From contig JAGWXT010000009.1 of NCBI GenBank assembly GCA_018969715.1, positions 4,664-68,663 on the forward strand: a stretch of DNA of 64,000 bases. The letters are read 5' to 3'. Shown here piece by piece: positions 8,219 to 17,018 of the stretch (within the stretch, counting starts at the first letter, position 1; each line of letters begins with the position of its first letter). The notes under the pieces were generated by a model. That model saw nothing but the letters and a program-made list of their open reading frames with translations, was not told the origin of the DNA and searched no databases. The DNA comes from Actinomycetales bacterium. GTDB taxonomy: Bacteria > Actinomycetota > Actinomycetes > S36-B12 > UBA5976. The position numbers and the translations under genes were made by a program.

Positions 8219-8410
8219 ATGTCCCAAACGCGCCCCCAACCCATTCCGGGGCAGCGGATCCGCCTCCAGTCGCCCAGCGATCCCCCAGGCGCAGGCAGCC
8301 CACCCCCGACATCACCGGGCAGTCGTCGGGCGTCGGTGTACGTTGCGCAGGAGCAACACACCGTCATCCCGTGTGAGGCGGGGTCGGGTGCGGTCGCGGT
8401 GCTCCGGTGA
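8219..8410 (+). CDS. Possible 63-aa Pro-rich small protein divergent from the XRE gene
   Basis: SD-like gggagggag just before ATG; no recognisable domain. Confidence 0.3.
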   Translation: MSQTRPQPIPGQRIRLQSPSDPPGAGSPPPTSPGSRRASVYVAQEQHTVIPCEAGSGAVAVLR

Positions 8411-8525
8411 CGCGGCAGCGGGTGCGGTGGCGTGCCCGGGTGGCGCCCCGGCGGGCCAGTGCGGGGGTGGCCCCGCAGCGGAATAGTGCGGGGAAGTGCG
8501 ATCAGAACGGTGACGTGCGGGAGGC

Positions 8526-10754
8526 GTGATGCGGGGACACGGACGGCTTGCGCGGGCACGCCGGCGACTGCGCCGTGGCGGGCCGGCCGTCGACCCTGGC
8601 GGCTTCGATCGCACCCACGATGGCCTGATCTCGGGGTGGTTCGTCTGCACCGCCTGCCGGCGACCCCCCACCCCCACCCCGAACCTGCGGTGCGACGGCC
8701 GCCCGCAGGCGGTGATCAAGGCCGCCACCCCCCGCAGCGACGTCCCCGGTGGGTCCGGCTTCGTCCTGCGCTTCCCGGCGCGCGGGGGCCGGCCCCCCCG
8801 CGTCCGGGTGCAGTGCCCGCGCCACCCCGAGCACGGCATGGAGATCGACGCTCCCCGCGAGGACTGGCAGGTCACCACCCTCGGGATGATCGAGCACGCC
8901 TTCTGGCCGATCGTGTCGGGGTGGCTCGCCCAGATCGGCGCCGATGATCGACCCGTCACCCTGCTTGTGGGGGACCTGCCCGCGGTCACGGTCGACGCCG
9001 CCGTCCCCCGCCCCGATGTTGCGGTCTACCTCGGCGAGCCCGGGGTCGCCGGGTTCCATGTCGACCTCGCCGCACGGCTGCGGTACGCCCAGCCCGATGG
9101 CCTCCCCGTGCGCCTGGTGCACGCCGGGCAGGTGCTCGGCGCCATGCCCATCCGGGAATCCCCCCTCATCGGCGATGACCGATGGCTGCCGCCCCCCGGT
9201 GGGAACCCCCTGCCCGGCCCCGCACTGGCCGCCCTGGCCCGTCGGGTCCAGCAGGCGGAGGTCGACCTCAGCAGTGGGGACTGGCGGGCGCTGCTCACCC
9301 GCCTGGGCTCGGAGGACCACAGCCCCGAGGCCGAGCAGTGGGCACGCTTCCTCGCCCACCGCGGGATGACCCCCGCCGAGGTGGCGGGCTGGCTGGCCCT
9401 GCGCGGGGCGCACTCCCATGGCGTGCCCGCGCTCAACCCACTGCCGGCCAGCCTCACCCACACACTGGAGGTCGGCCCGCCGGTGCCCCCGCGGGTGCAG
9501 GCATGGACGGAGCCCCTCCTCGGGCTGCCAGCCGGAATCGCCGGGGCAACCCCGGCCTCGCCCCCGGCCCCGCCCTCGCCCCCACCCCCGACCCACGCCC
9601 CGCCCCACGCCCGCCCGGCCCCGCCCCCGGCCTCGCCCCACGCCCGCCGGGTCGCCGTCGCCGGGTTGGTCCACCACCGCTCGGGCCTGGGCCAGAACGC
9701 CGACAACTCCCTGCGCGCCCTCACCCTCGCGGGCATCCCCGCCGACCCCGCCGGCTTCATCCCCGGACTTGGCGGGTGGAACCCGCGCCTGGCGGCCACC
9801 AGCGAGGCGGCCGCCAGCTGCGGTGCGCGCACGGTGCTGCTCCACCTGCCGGTTGACCGGGTGATCCCCGGCCTCACCGCCCAGCCGGCCCTGCTCGCCA
9901 CCGACCGGCTCATCGGGTACTTCATGTGGGAGATCCAGACCGTCCCCGCGCAGTTCCACCGCGCCCTCGACGTGGTCGACGAGATCTGGACGGCCACCGA
10001 ATTCGTCGCCGATGCCTTCCGCGCGGTCACCGACACCCCCGTCCACGTCACTGGTCACGCCGTCGACGTCGAGGGGATCATCCCGGTGGACCGCGCCGAG
10101 GTGGGCGTCACCGATGACGCCTTCCTCGTGCATCTCAGCGTCGACGCGAACTCCACGATCGCCCGCAAGAACCCCAATGACGCCATCGATGCCTTCCGGC
10201 TGGCATTCGGCGACGACCCGCGCACCGTGCTGCTGGTGAAGATCCGCAACTACCCCCACGTCATCGGCCTCGCCCGCAGCGGTGACCCGCACGCCCGGGG
10301 GCTGCTGCGCCGGCTGGCCGAGCACCGCAATGTGCGCGCCGTGGTGGGGGAGTGGCCGCGCCGACGGGCCCTTGGGTTGATCGCCGCCGCCGACTGCTAC
10401 CTGAGCCTGCACCGGGCCGAGGGGTTCGGGTACACCATCGCTGAGGCGCTGCTGCTGGGCACCCCCGTGGTTGCCACCGACTACTCCGGCTGCACCGAAC
10501 TGCTCACCGATGCCCGGGCGCACCCGGTCGGCTACACGCTGGTGGACCTGCACGCCGGGGAGTACTTCTACTGGGAGCCCGGGATGCACTGGGCGCAGCC
10601 CGATCTCGCGGCGGCTGCCGCCCACCTGTCGGCACTGCACGCCGCCTGGCTGGCCGGGCGGCCCACCCGCGGCATCGCCTCACCCCAGACCGTCCGCGCC
10701 TGCGCCCTGACCACCCTCGGCGAGCGCTACCGGGAGCTGCTCGACCGTGGCTGA
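8526..10754 (+). CDS. Glycosyltransferase family 4 with extended N-terminal region
   Basis: C-terminal GT-B: GYFMWE, ARKNPNDAIDAF, YLSLHRAEGFGYTIAEALLLGTPVVATDYSG; Pro-rich linker. Confidence 0.85.
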   Translation: MMRGHGRLARARRRLRRGGPAVDPGGFDRTHDGLISGWFVCTACRRPPTPTPNLRCDGRPQAVIKAATPRSDVPGGSGFVLRFPARGGRPPRVRVQCPRHPEHGMEIDAPREDWQVTTLGMIEHAFWPIVSGWLAQIGADDRPVTLLVGDLPAVTVDAAVPRPDVAVYLGEPGVAGFHVDLAARLRYAQPDGLPVRLVHAGQVLGAMPIRESPLIGDDRWLPPPGGNPLPGPALAALARRVQQAEVDLSSGDWRALLTRLGSEDHSPEAEQWARFLAHRGMTPAEVAGWLALRGAHSHGVPALNPLPASLTHTLEVGPPVPPRVQAWTEPLLGLPAGIAGATPASPPAPPSPPPPTHAPPHARPAPPPASPHARRVAVAGLVHHRSGLGQNADNSLRALTLAGIPADPAGFIPGLGGWNPRLAATSEAAASCGARTVLLHLPVDRVIPGLTAQPALLATDRLIGYFMWEIQTVPAQFHRALDVVDEIWTATEFVADAFRAVTDTPVHVTGHAVDVEGIIPVDRAEVGVTDDAFLVHLSVDANSTIARKNPNDAIDAFRLAFGDDPRTVLLVKIRNYPHVIGLARSGDPHARGLLRRLAEHRNVRAVVGEWPRRRALGLIAAADCYLSLHRAEGFGYTIAEALLLGTPVVATDYSGCTELLTDARAHPVGYTLVDLHAGEYFYWEPGMHWAQPDLAAAAAHLSALHAAWLAGRPTRGIASPQTVRACALTTLGERYRELLDRG

Positions 10755-12969
10755 CCCCGCCGCGCCCCCGCCGGCGCCCGATACCGCCGCGCCCCCGCCG
10801 GCGCCCGATACCGCCGCGCTCACCGAGGAGATCCGCCGCCTGCGCCAGCGCGTGGACGACCTGGAGTCAGTCGTCGGGGAGTACCGGGTGCAAATGAACC
10901 GGATGCTCACCAGCGCCTCCTGGCGGGTCACCCGGCCCCTGCGCGAGGCGATGGCGGCCTACCGCGGCAACCGGGCCCGGCTGCGCCGGCAGGTGCGACG
11001 ACTGCGCGGGGAGCAGGTCGGCCTCGTCGACCATCCGGCGGTCACCGGCCTGTTCCCCCCGACCCGCGCGAGCCTCCCCGAGGGTGCGATGGTCCGCCTG
11101 CGCGAGCACGCCGGCGACCCGCCGGCGTGGGGCGACCCGCCGCAGCGCACCGCACAGGTGCTCGTCCTCGCCCACGTCCACTACCCCGAGCTGTGGAGCG
11201 ACATCGAGGACCGCCTCGTGCGGATCCCCCATGCCTACGACCTGGTGGTCAGCGTCACCACCGGGCACGCCGAGGCGGTGATCCCCACCATCCGCCGGCG
11301 GCACCCCACCGCCCGCATCGTCGTGCGCGACAACCTCGGCCGTGACTGGGGCCCGCTCAGCGACCTCGTCCGGGAGGGGGTGTGCCGAGGGTATGCGGCG
11401 GTGGCGAAGGTCCACACCAAGAAGAGCGAGCACCGCATCGACGGCGACGGGTGGCGGCTGGCCCTCCTCGATGGCATGTTCGAAAGCCGGGAGCACGTCC
11501 GCCGGATCGTCGAACTGCTCACCGACGACCGGACGGTCGGGCTGATCGTCCCGGGTGGGTTCATCGAGGGCACCGAGCACTGGGGATGCGGACAGGGGGT
11601 GGTCGAGGCGCTCGCCGCCCGCCTGCCGATGGCCTTCGACCCCGCACAACTGCGCTTCCCCGGCGGGTCGATGTTCTGGTGCCGGCCGTGGCTGCTGGAG
11701 CAGATCGCCCGGCTCGAGGTCACCGCCGAGGACTTCGAGCGGGAGGCCGGGCAGTACGACGGGACCACCGCCCACGCCCTTGAGCGGATCATCGGGGTGC
11801 TGTGCACCGAGGCGGGGATGGCGATCATCGAGACCACCGAGGTGCGCGCCCGGCTCAACGCCCTGCGCCGCACCCCACCGCAGCGTCCCCGGGTGCTCGC
11901 CTTCTACCTGCCCCAGTACCACCGCACCCCCGAGAACGACGCCTTCTGGGGGGAGGGCTTCACCGACTGGGACAACGTCACCGCCGCGACACCGCTGTTC
12001 ACCGGCCACCGGCAGCCGATCCTGCCCGCGGCCGAGGTCGGCACCTACGACCTGGCCGACCCCGGCGTGCTCCACCGGCAGGCCGCGCTCGCCCGCGCCT
12101 ACGGGGTGGCCGGGTTCATCGTCCACCACTACTGGTTCGACGGTCGGCGGGTGCTCGACACCCCGCTGCGCCTGTGGCAGGCCGACGCCACACTCGACCT
12201 GCCGCTGGCCCTGTGCTGGGCGAATGAGCCGTGGACGCGGCGCTGGGACGGAAAGGAGCACGACGTCCTCATCCCCCAGACCTACCGCGAGGGGTGGGTG
12301 GAGCGGTTCTGGCACGACATCAGCGGGGTGCTCGCCGACCCGCGCTACCTGCGTATCGACGGCAGGCCACTGCTCATCGTCTACCGACTGGACCTGCTGC
12401 CCGAGCCGTCCGCGGCCCTCACCCGCTGGCGGGCACTCGCCCGCGATGCCGGGCTGGGCGGGGTGTTCATCGTCGGCGTGCAGTCACTGCGCAACTTCGG
12501 GCTGAGCAGTGCGGGGCATCTGTCGGGGGTGGACGCGATCCTCGAGTTCCCCCCGTTGTCCGGGGCGCGGCTGCACCCCATCACCGAGGGCCTGCCCAGC
12601 GGATCGCGTGCGGCGGCCGAGCAGGTGCTCGGGTACCGGGAGGCGCGCCCCGACCCGCGCCCCGACCCCCGCCTGCCAGCAGGCGTGCCGCTGCTGCGCG
12701 GGGTGATGCCCGGCTGGGACAACACCGCCCGCCGGGGGGAGCGCGCGTACCTGTTCCACGGCGCCAACCCGGTCACGTTCGCCGGTCACGTGCGGGCGGC
12801 GGTGGCCGCAGCCGACCGACGGCTGCCGGGGCTGCTGTGCGTGAACGCGTGGAATGAGTGGGCCGAAGGTGCCGCGATCGAACCGGGGGCGCGGTTCGGA
12901 CGCGGCTACCTCGAGGCGCTCGTCGATGCCCTCGGCGAGGACCCGCCCGGCTTCAGGAAGCCGGGGTGA
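10747..12969 (+). CDS. Coiled-coil + RgpF-like (rhamnan synthesis F) + WbsX/GH99-like fusion protein
   Basis: Heptad segment then SASWRVTRPLR; HVHYPELW, NLGRDWGP, KVHTKKS, FPGGSMFW, HALER; then AFYLPQYH..END.FWGEGFTDW and NAWNEWAEG. Confidence 0.8.
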   Translation: MADPAAPPPAPDTAAPPPAPDTAALTEEIRRLRQRVDDLESVVGEYRVQMNRMLTSASWRVTRPLREAMAAYRGNRARLRRQVRRLRGEQVGLVDHPAVTGLFPPTRASLPEGAMVRLREHAGDPPAWGDPPQRTAQVLVLAHVHYPELWSDIEDRLVRIPHAYDLVVSVTTGHAEAVIPTIRRRHPTARIVVRDNLGRDWGPLSDLVREGVCRGYAAVAKVHTKKSEHRIDGDGWRLALLDGMFESREHVRRIVELLTDDRTVGLIVPGGFIEGTEHWGCGQGVVEALAARLPMAFDPAQLRFPGGSMFWCRPWLLEQIARLEVTAEDFEREAGQYDGTTAHALERIIGVLCTEAGMAIIETTEVRARLNALRRTPPQRPRVLAFYLPQYHRTPENDAFWGEGFTDWDNVTAATPLFTGHRQPILPAAEVGTYDLADPGVLHRQAALARAYGVAGFIVHHYWFDGRRVLDTPLRLWQADATLDLPLALCWANEPWTRRWDGKEHDVLIPQTYREGWVERFWHDISGVLADPRYLRIDGRPLLIVYRLDLLPEPSAALTRWRALARDAGLGGVFIVGVQSLRNFGLSSAGHLSGVDAILEFPPLSGARLHPITEGLPSGSRAAAEQVLGYREARPDPRPDPRLPAGVPLLRGVMPGWDNTARRGERAYLFHGANPVTFAGHVRAAVAAADRRLPGLLCVNAWNEWAEGAAIEPGARFGRGYLEALVDALGEDPPGFRKPG

Positions 12970-13714
12970 CCTGCCCGGCTGCGAGCCGCAAGAACTGGTC
13001 ACAGTGCTGGGCGAGCAGCCCCTCGTCGTGGCTGGAGAGCACCAGCGTGCCGGAGGCGGCATAGAACTCGGCCAGGCGGGCCGCCGCGCGCTCATTGAAC
13101 TCGGCGTCGGTGGTTCCGAAGCCTTCGTCGACCAGCAGCACATCCGCGCCGATGGCGGTGATCGTCGAGAAGCGCAGCCGCACCTGCATGCCGGTTGAGT
13201 ACGAGTACACGGGGTGGTCGAAGCGCCGGCCCAGCCCGGAGAAGTCCGCGATCTGATCCACGCGCTCGGCCATTGCCGCACCGCCCTCCCCGTATCGGAT
13301 CCCGAGCGAGATTGCGTTCTCCCGACCGGTCTGCTCCGGGTCCAGCCCCTCATTGGGACCGCCGAGCAGAGCCAGCACCCGGCCCCGGGTGCGGGTGCTC
13401 CCGCTGCTGGGGACGAGGGCGCCGGACATCACCGCCAGCAGCGTCGACTTGCCCGCACCGTTCGGTCCGGACAGCCCGATCCGGCTGCCGGCGGGGATCT
13501 GCAGGGTCACCCCCGCCAGCGCCGTGATGACCTCGGCCTGCTCACTGCGGCGGGCCAGCATTGTGGCGAGCGCGCGCTTGAGGTTGTAGTGGTGGGCGTG
13601 GCGCAGCCGGTACTGCACCCAGACATCCGCCAGCAGGATCGCAGGCTCGTCCGCTTGAGTGGGTGGTGCCGATATCGACGAGTGCGTCAGGGAAGGCGCC
13701 GCCGCGAAAGTCAC
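12953..13714 (-). CDS. wzt: Polysaccharide ABC exporter ATP-binding subunit (Wzt-type, no C-terminal CBM)
   Basis: GPNGAGKS Walker A, YSTGM signature, LLVDE Walker B; GTG 13714 overlaps the wzm stop. Confidence 0.9.
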   Translation of the reverse strand: MTFAAAPSLTHSSISAPPTQADEPAILLADVWVQYRLRHAHHYNLKRALATMLARRSEQAEVITALAGVTLQIPAGSRIGLSGPNGAGKSTLLAVMSGALVPSSGSTRTRGRVLALLGGPNEGLDPEQTGRENAISLGIRYGEGGAAMAERVDQIADFSGLGRRFDHPVYSYSTGMQVRLRFSTITAIGADVLLVDEGFGTTDAEFNERAAARLAEFYAASGTLVLSSHDEGLLAQHCDQFLRLAAGQVTPAS

Positions 13715-14637
13715 AGCCAGTACGCCAGCCGGGGGCGCGTGCGGGAGAAGTACCACACGCCAAGGATGACGTTCAGCAGTGTCAGGCCCACGCTGACGGC
13801 CAGCACGAATGTCGATGGCGAACCGCCGAGCAGAGGCGCGCGGAACACCTGCAGCAGGTAGGTCAATGGGTTCCACCCCGACAGGACGGCCAACTGGCCG
13901 ACGGTGAGGTTGGTCGCAACCCAGAACACCGGCGTGAAGAAGAACAGCACCCGCGCCAGGGACGTGATGATCTGGCCTACGTCGCGGTAGCGCACGCACA
14001 ACGGCCCCAGCCACAGCCCGATGGCAAGCCCGTTGATGACGATGAGCCCACACGCTACCGGCAGATACAGCAGGGACAATCCCACCGGGACGTCAAAGGC
14101 AACGACAACCGCGACGATGACCAGCGCATCGTGAGCGAACTGGATGGTCGCGCTGGCGACAGTGCGCAGCGGGTAGATCGACAGCGGTCCCGGTGCGGTG
14201 CGGATGGCCGCGCCGTTGTCGAGAATGCACGTGGCACCCCCGGTGAGCATCCCGATCATCCACGTGAACGCGATGTACCCGGTCGCAACGTACGGCACGA
14301 ACGTTGACAGGTCCTGCTGGAACAGCACCCCGAACAGCAGGCTCAGCCCCGCGACGAAGATCACCTGCTGCACCGTGATCCACCAGGGCCCCAGGTAGGT
14401 GCGGCGGTACTGGCTGCGAAGGGCGTACCAGGTCAGCAGCCACCATGCAGGCCATTGCCTGAGCCCGAGGTGGAGATCGGCGATTCCCTCCCGCAGGGAA
14501 CCTGGGGGAGCCTCGATCGCACCGCCGCCTGGCGGCGCGATCTCCGCCCCGTGGTCCAACTCCCCATGGCGCCGCCACCCCCCACGAGTGATGCTGCTGG
14601 TGCGCAATGCGGCGAGTACACCCCGGGAAGCGGTCAT
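13711..14637 (-). CDS. wzm: Polysaccharide ABC exporter permease (Wzm-type)
   Basis: YRRTYLGPWW, RYRDVGQII, FFFTPVFW, WNPLTYLLQVFRAPL; ATG 14637 overlaps the upstream stop. Confidence 0.9.
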   Translation of the reverse strand: MTASRGVLAALRTSSITRGGWRRHGELDHGAEIAPPGGGAIEAPPGSLREGIADLHLGLRQWPAWWLLTWYALRSQYRRTYLGPWWITVQQVIFVAGLSLLFGVLFQQDLSTFVPYVATGYIAFTWMIGMLTGGATCILDNGAAIRTAPGPLSIYPLRTVASATIQFAHDALVIVAVVVAFDVPVGLSLLYLPVACGLIVINGLAIGLWLGPLCVRYRDVGQIITSLARVLFFFTPVFWVATNLTVGQLAVLSGWNPLTYLLQVFRAPLLGGSPSTFVLAVSVGLTLLNVILGVWYFSRTRPRLAYWL

Positions 14638-16433
14638 CCCGCGGTGTCGCTCGTGCGTGGGCAGCTGGGAGCCCGCCATTGGAAGCTCACCGAGGTCGTT
14701 GCCCCGCGGGGCAGGCTCACTGGCACCAGCCAGGCATCGCGTCCGGCCTCCATCACCGACATCGGCTCAACCCGGCCGCCGGACAGGGTCGCCGAGCGCA
14801 GGCGCCAGCCCGCCGGCGGGTAGGCGGTCACGTAGGTGAGGGTCTGGCCGGGGGGGGCAGCAGGGTCGGGTAGGCCGTCCTGCCCGAGGGTGAGGTCGAC
14901 GTACGCCGGCAGCCCGGTGGGGGCGTCGTTGGTGACCTCGACGCGGGTGGTGACGATGCCGTCCGTGGGGCAGGTCCGCGCATCCGTGGTGACCGTGCGG
15001 GTGGCATACGCGTCCAGCTTGCTGCCGGTGGCGTTGTTGTAGGCCACCACCACCTCGGCCGGGTGCGAGCGCAGGCTGCCCGCCATCGGTGTCGTCTCCA
15101 GCCACCGCTGGACGCGGGGGTCGGCCGCCCATGCCCGCAGGTGGCCACCGGCAACGGCATCGGGTGCGCGCGCGGCGAGGCTCGCGACATCCAGCGGCCG
15201 GGTCAGGGCCGCATCGACGGTGGCATAGGTCAACCCCATGGCCAGGTCGTCCTTGGCCTCGACGTCGGCGATATCGGGGTAGTCCACGTAGAGCCCGCGC
15301 ATGAAGTAGTCGGCGGCACTGTCGGCATCGATGGTGACCCCCCGATGCTCAACCGGCCCCGTGCCGGCGAGGACTGTCGCCACCAGATAGGGGTCGATGG
15401 CGATGACCCCGCTGACGGGGCTGCCGCGTTGGGCCATCCCGGCGGCGGCCAGCCGGGCGACCGTGGGGAAGTCCGCCGGCATGTTCATGCTCGCCCACTC
15501 CCCGAGCACCGGCCCCCACGTGTGGGCGGTGTCGATGTCGACGGTGTTGAGGTAGGGGATCTGCTCGGCCCGCGGGAACTCACCGTCGAGGCGCTTGCGG
15601 CTGCCCGCCTCAACGATCCTCGGCCGGCCCTCCCGGACCTCCACGATGAGGTAGGCGTTGAACAGCCCGCCGCTGCCGCGGGACTCCGCCGGGTTCTGCG
15701 CCATCACCAGCCACCGTGTGGGGGTGGCCATTCCCAGCGCGGACTGCAGGGGCAGCACAGCCTCATCGAGGGCCAGCACCGATGCGCGCGCTGCGGTGAG
15801 CGCCGAGGCCAGTTGCGCTGCGGGTTCGGCCAGGCCGTAGCGCAGCGGCGCTTCGCCCTCGGCCGGCACTGAGATCGTCGACACCGCCTGCGCGAGGGTG
15901 GTGACCTCGGCGGTCGCGCTGACCAGCGCGATCACCTGGTCCAGTGCGGACGGCTGCGCGGCCAGGACGTTCAGCAGCGGGGCACTGCCATCGGCGAGGA
16001 CGATCACCGACTCGGCGACCTGGCGGAGGGTCCGCGCCTCCCGGTCGGTCGCCGGCAGCCGCAGCAGGGCACGACCGGTCGGGGAGTCCATCGCCTCGAG
16101 CACGGACTGCGCGGCCGAGCGGGTTGCGGTGAGTTCGGCCGCGACGGCCTCGATGTCGAAGGACGACAGCGATGAGCGCACCTGCGCTGCTGATGCCTGC
16201 AGGCTCTCCGCAGCCCGCATCAGCCGCAGCCCCTGCTGGCCGACGACCACCCCGCCCACGACCATCGCGAGCAGGGCCACGGCAACCGTCCCGACGGCCA
16301 CCCGCCGCCCCGTCGAGGGTGCCCCTGTCCGACGCGTCTCCCCCGATGTGGTGCGCAAGCGCAACGATCTGCTAGCCTTCCGGCGTTGCGTCCCGGCAAC
16401 ATCAGACCCGAAAGATGGGGGTTTCCATGTCAC
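14634..16433 (-). CDS. DUF4012-like membrane-anchored extracytoplasmic protein
   Basis: N-terminal TM, helical region, QNPAESRGSGG, DFPTVA, GVIAIDP, YNNATGSKLD. True start is probably 60-130 nt downstream of 16433. Confidence 0.75.
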   Translation of the reverse strand: MTWKPPSFGSDVAGTQRRKASRSLRLRTTSGETRRTGAPSTGRRVAVGTVAVALLAMVVGGVVVGQQGLRLMRAAESLQASAAQVRSSLSSFDIEAVAAELTATRSAAQSVLEAMDSPTGRALLRLPATDREARTLRQVAESVIVLADGSAPLLNVLAAQPSALDQVIALVSATAEVTTLAQAVSTISVPAEGEAPLRYGLAEPAAQLASALTAARASVLALDEAVLPLQSALGMATPTRWLVMAQNPAESRGSGGLFNAYLIVEVREGRPRIVEAGSRKRLDGEFPRAEQIPYLNTVDIDTAHTWGPVLGEWASMNMPADFPTVARLAAAGMAQRGSPVSGVIAIDPYLVATVLAGTGPVEHRGVTIDADSAADYFMRGLYVDYPDIADVEAKDDLAMGLTYATVDAALTRPLDVASLAARAPDAVAGGHLRAWAADPRVQRWLETTPMAGSLRSHPAEVVVAYNNATGSKLDAYATRTVTTDARTCPTDGIVTTRVEVTNDAPTGLPAYVDLTLGQDGLPDPAAPPGQTLTYVTAYPPAGWRLRSATLSGGRVEPMSVMEAGRDAWLVPVSLPRGATTSVSFQWRAPSCPRTSDTAG

Positions 16434-16894
16434 AGTCCCGAACCTACGTCATCGCCAGCGCTGCCGGTGCGCTGGCACTCGCCGGCAGCCTGCTCGTTGC
16501 CGCACCGGCCGCGGCCCAGCTGTGCGGCTACCCGCCGGTTGCCTGCCAACGCCTTGAAAACCCCCGTCAGGTGACCGCTGCCGCAGTCGCCGCCTTAACC
16601 CCGCGGGAGATCTCCGCGGTTGCCCCGCGGGACATCCGCTTGCTGCCGGCGGCGGCGATCGAGGCGATCGCTCCTGCGCAGATGCGCGTGATGGCCGCCA
16701 ACCAGGTGCGGGTGATCCCCCCGGCGCGCGTCGCCGACCTGCAGCCGGCGGCCGTGGCGGCGATCCGCCCCGTCGTCCTCGCGCAGATGTCCAACCAGCA
16801 GCTGCGGGCACTCACCGATGAGCAGATCGAGGCGCTCACCCCGCGGCAGCGGCGTGCCCTGACGCCCGCCCAGCGCCGCCTGCTCGGGCTGTGA
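16427..16894 (+). CDS. Secreted small protein with about 12 tandem 8-residue repeats
   Basis: Signal peptide ending AAA-Q, CGYPPVAC, then VAALTPRE/ISAVAPRD/.../LRALTDEQ/IEALTPRQ/RRALTPAQ; followed by a terminator. Confidence 0.8.
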   Translation: MSQSRTYVIASAAGALALAGSLLVAAPAAAQLCGYPPVACQRLENPRQVTAAAVAALTPREISAVAPRDIRLLPAAAIEAIAPAQMRVMAANQVRVIPPARVADLQPAAVAAIRPVVLAQMSNQQLRALTDEQIEALTPRQRRALTPAQRRLLGL

Positions 16895-16917
16895 TGCGGG
16901 TTCACACCTGAACCCAG

Positions 16918-16958
16918 TGCGGGACCTGTGCCCAGACGGGCGCAGGTCCCGCATTTTT
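16918..16958 (+). terminator. Intrinsic terminator, preceded by a second hairpin gggttca/tgaaccc near 16898-16915
   Basis: tgcgggacctg...caggtcccgca perfect 11-bp arms plus a T run. Confidence 0.8.
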
Positions 16959-17018
16959 CATGCAAGTCCCGGTGAGTGAGGGCGCCCGATCGCAGGCGCG
17001 TGGGATGGGGGAGATGCG

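Noticed and set aside
7519-8410. Prophage or integrative element around the XRE gene
   Set aside because: No integrase, terminase, structural or replication genes, and no flanking att-like repeats were found.
8502-10640. Long antisense or alternate-frame ORFs (8502-10640, 22033-24000, 33390-34874, 40487-42277, 55873-57528 full length and similar)
   Set aside because: Shadow ORFs expected in high-GC DNA opposite well-supported genes; no motifs, and Arg/Pro/Gly-rich composition.
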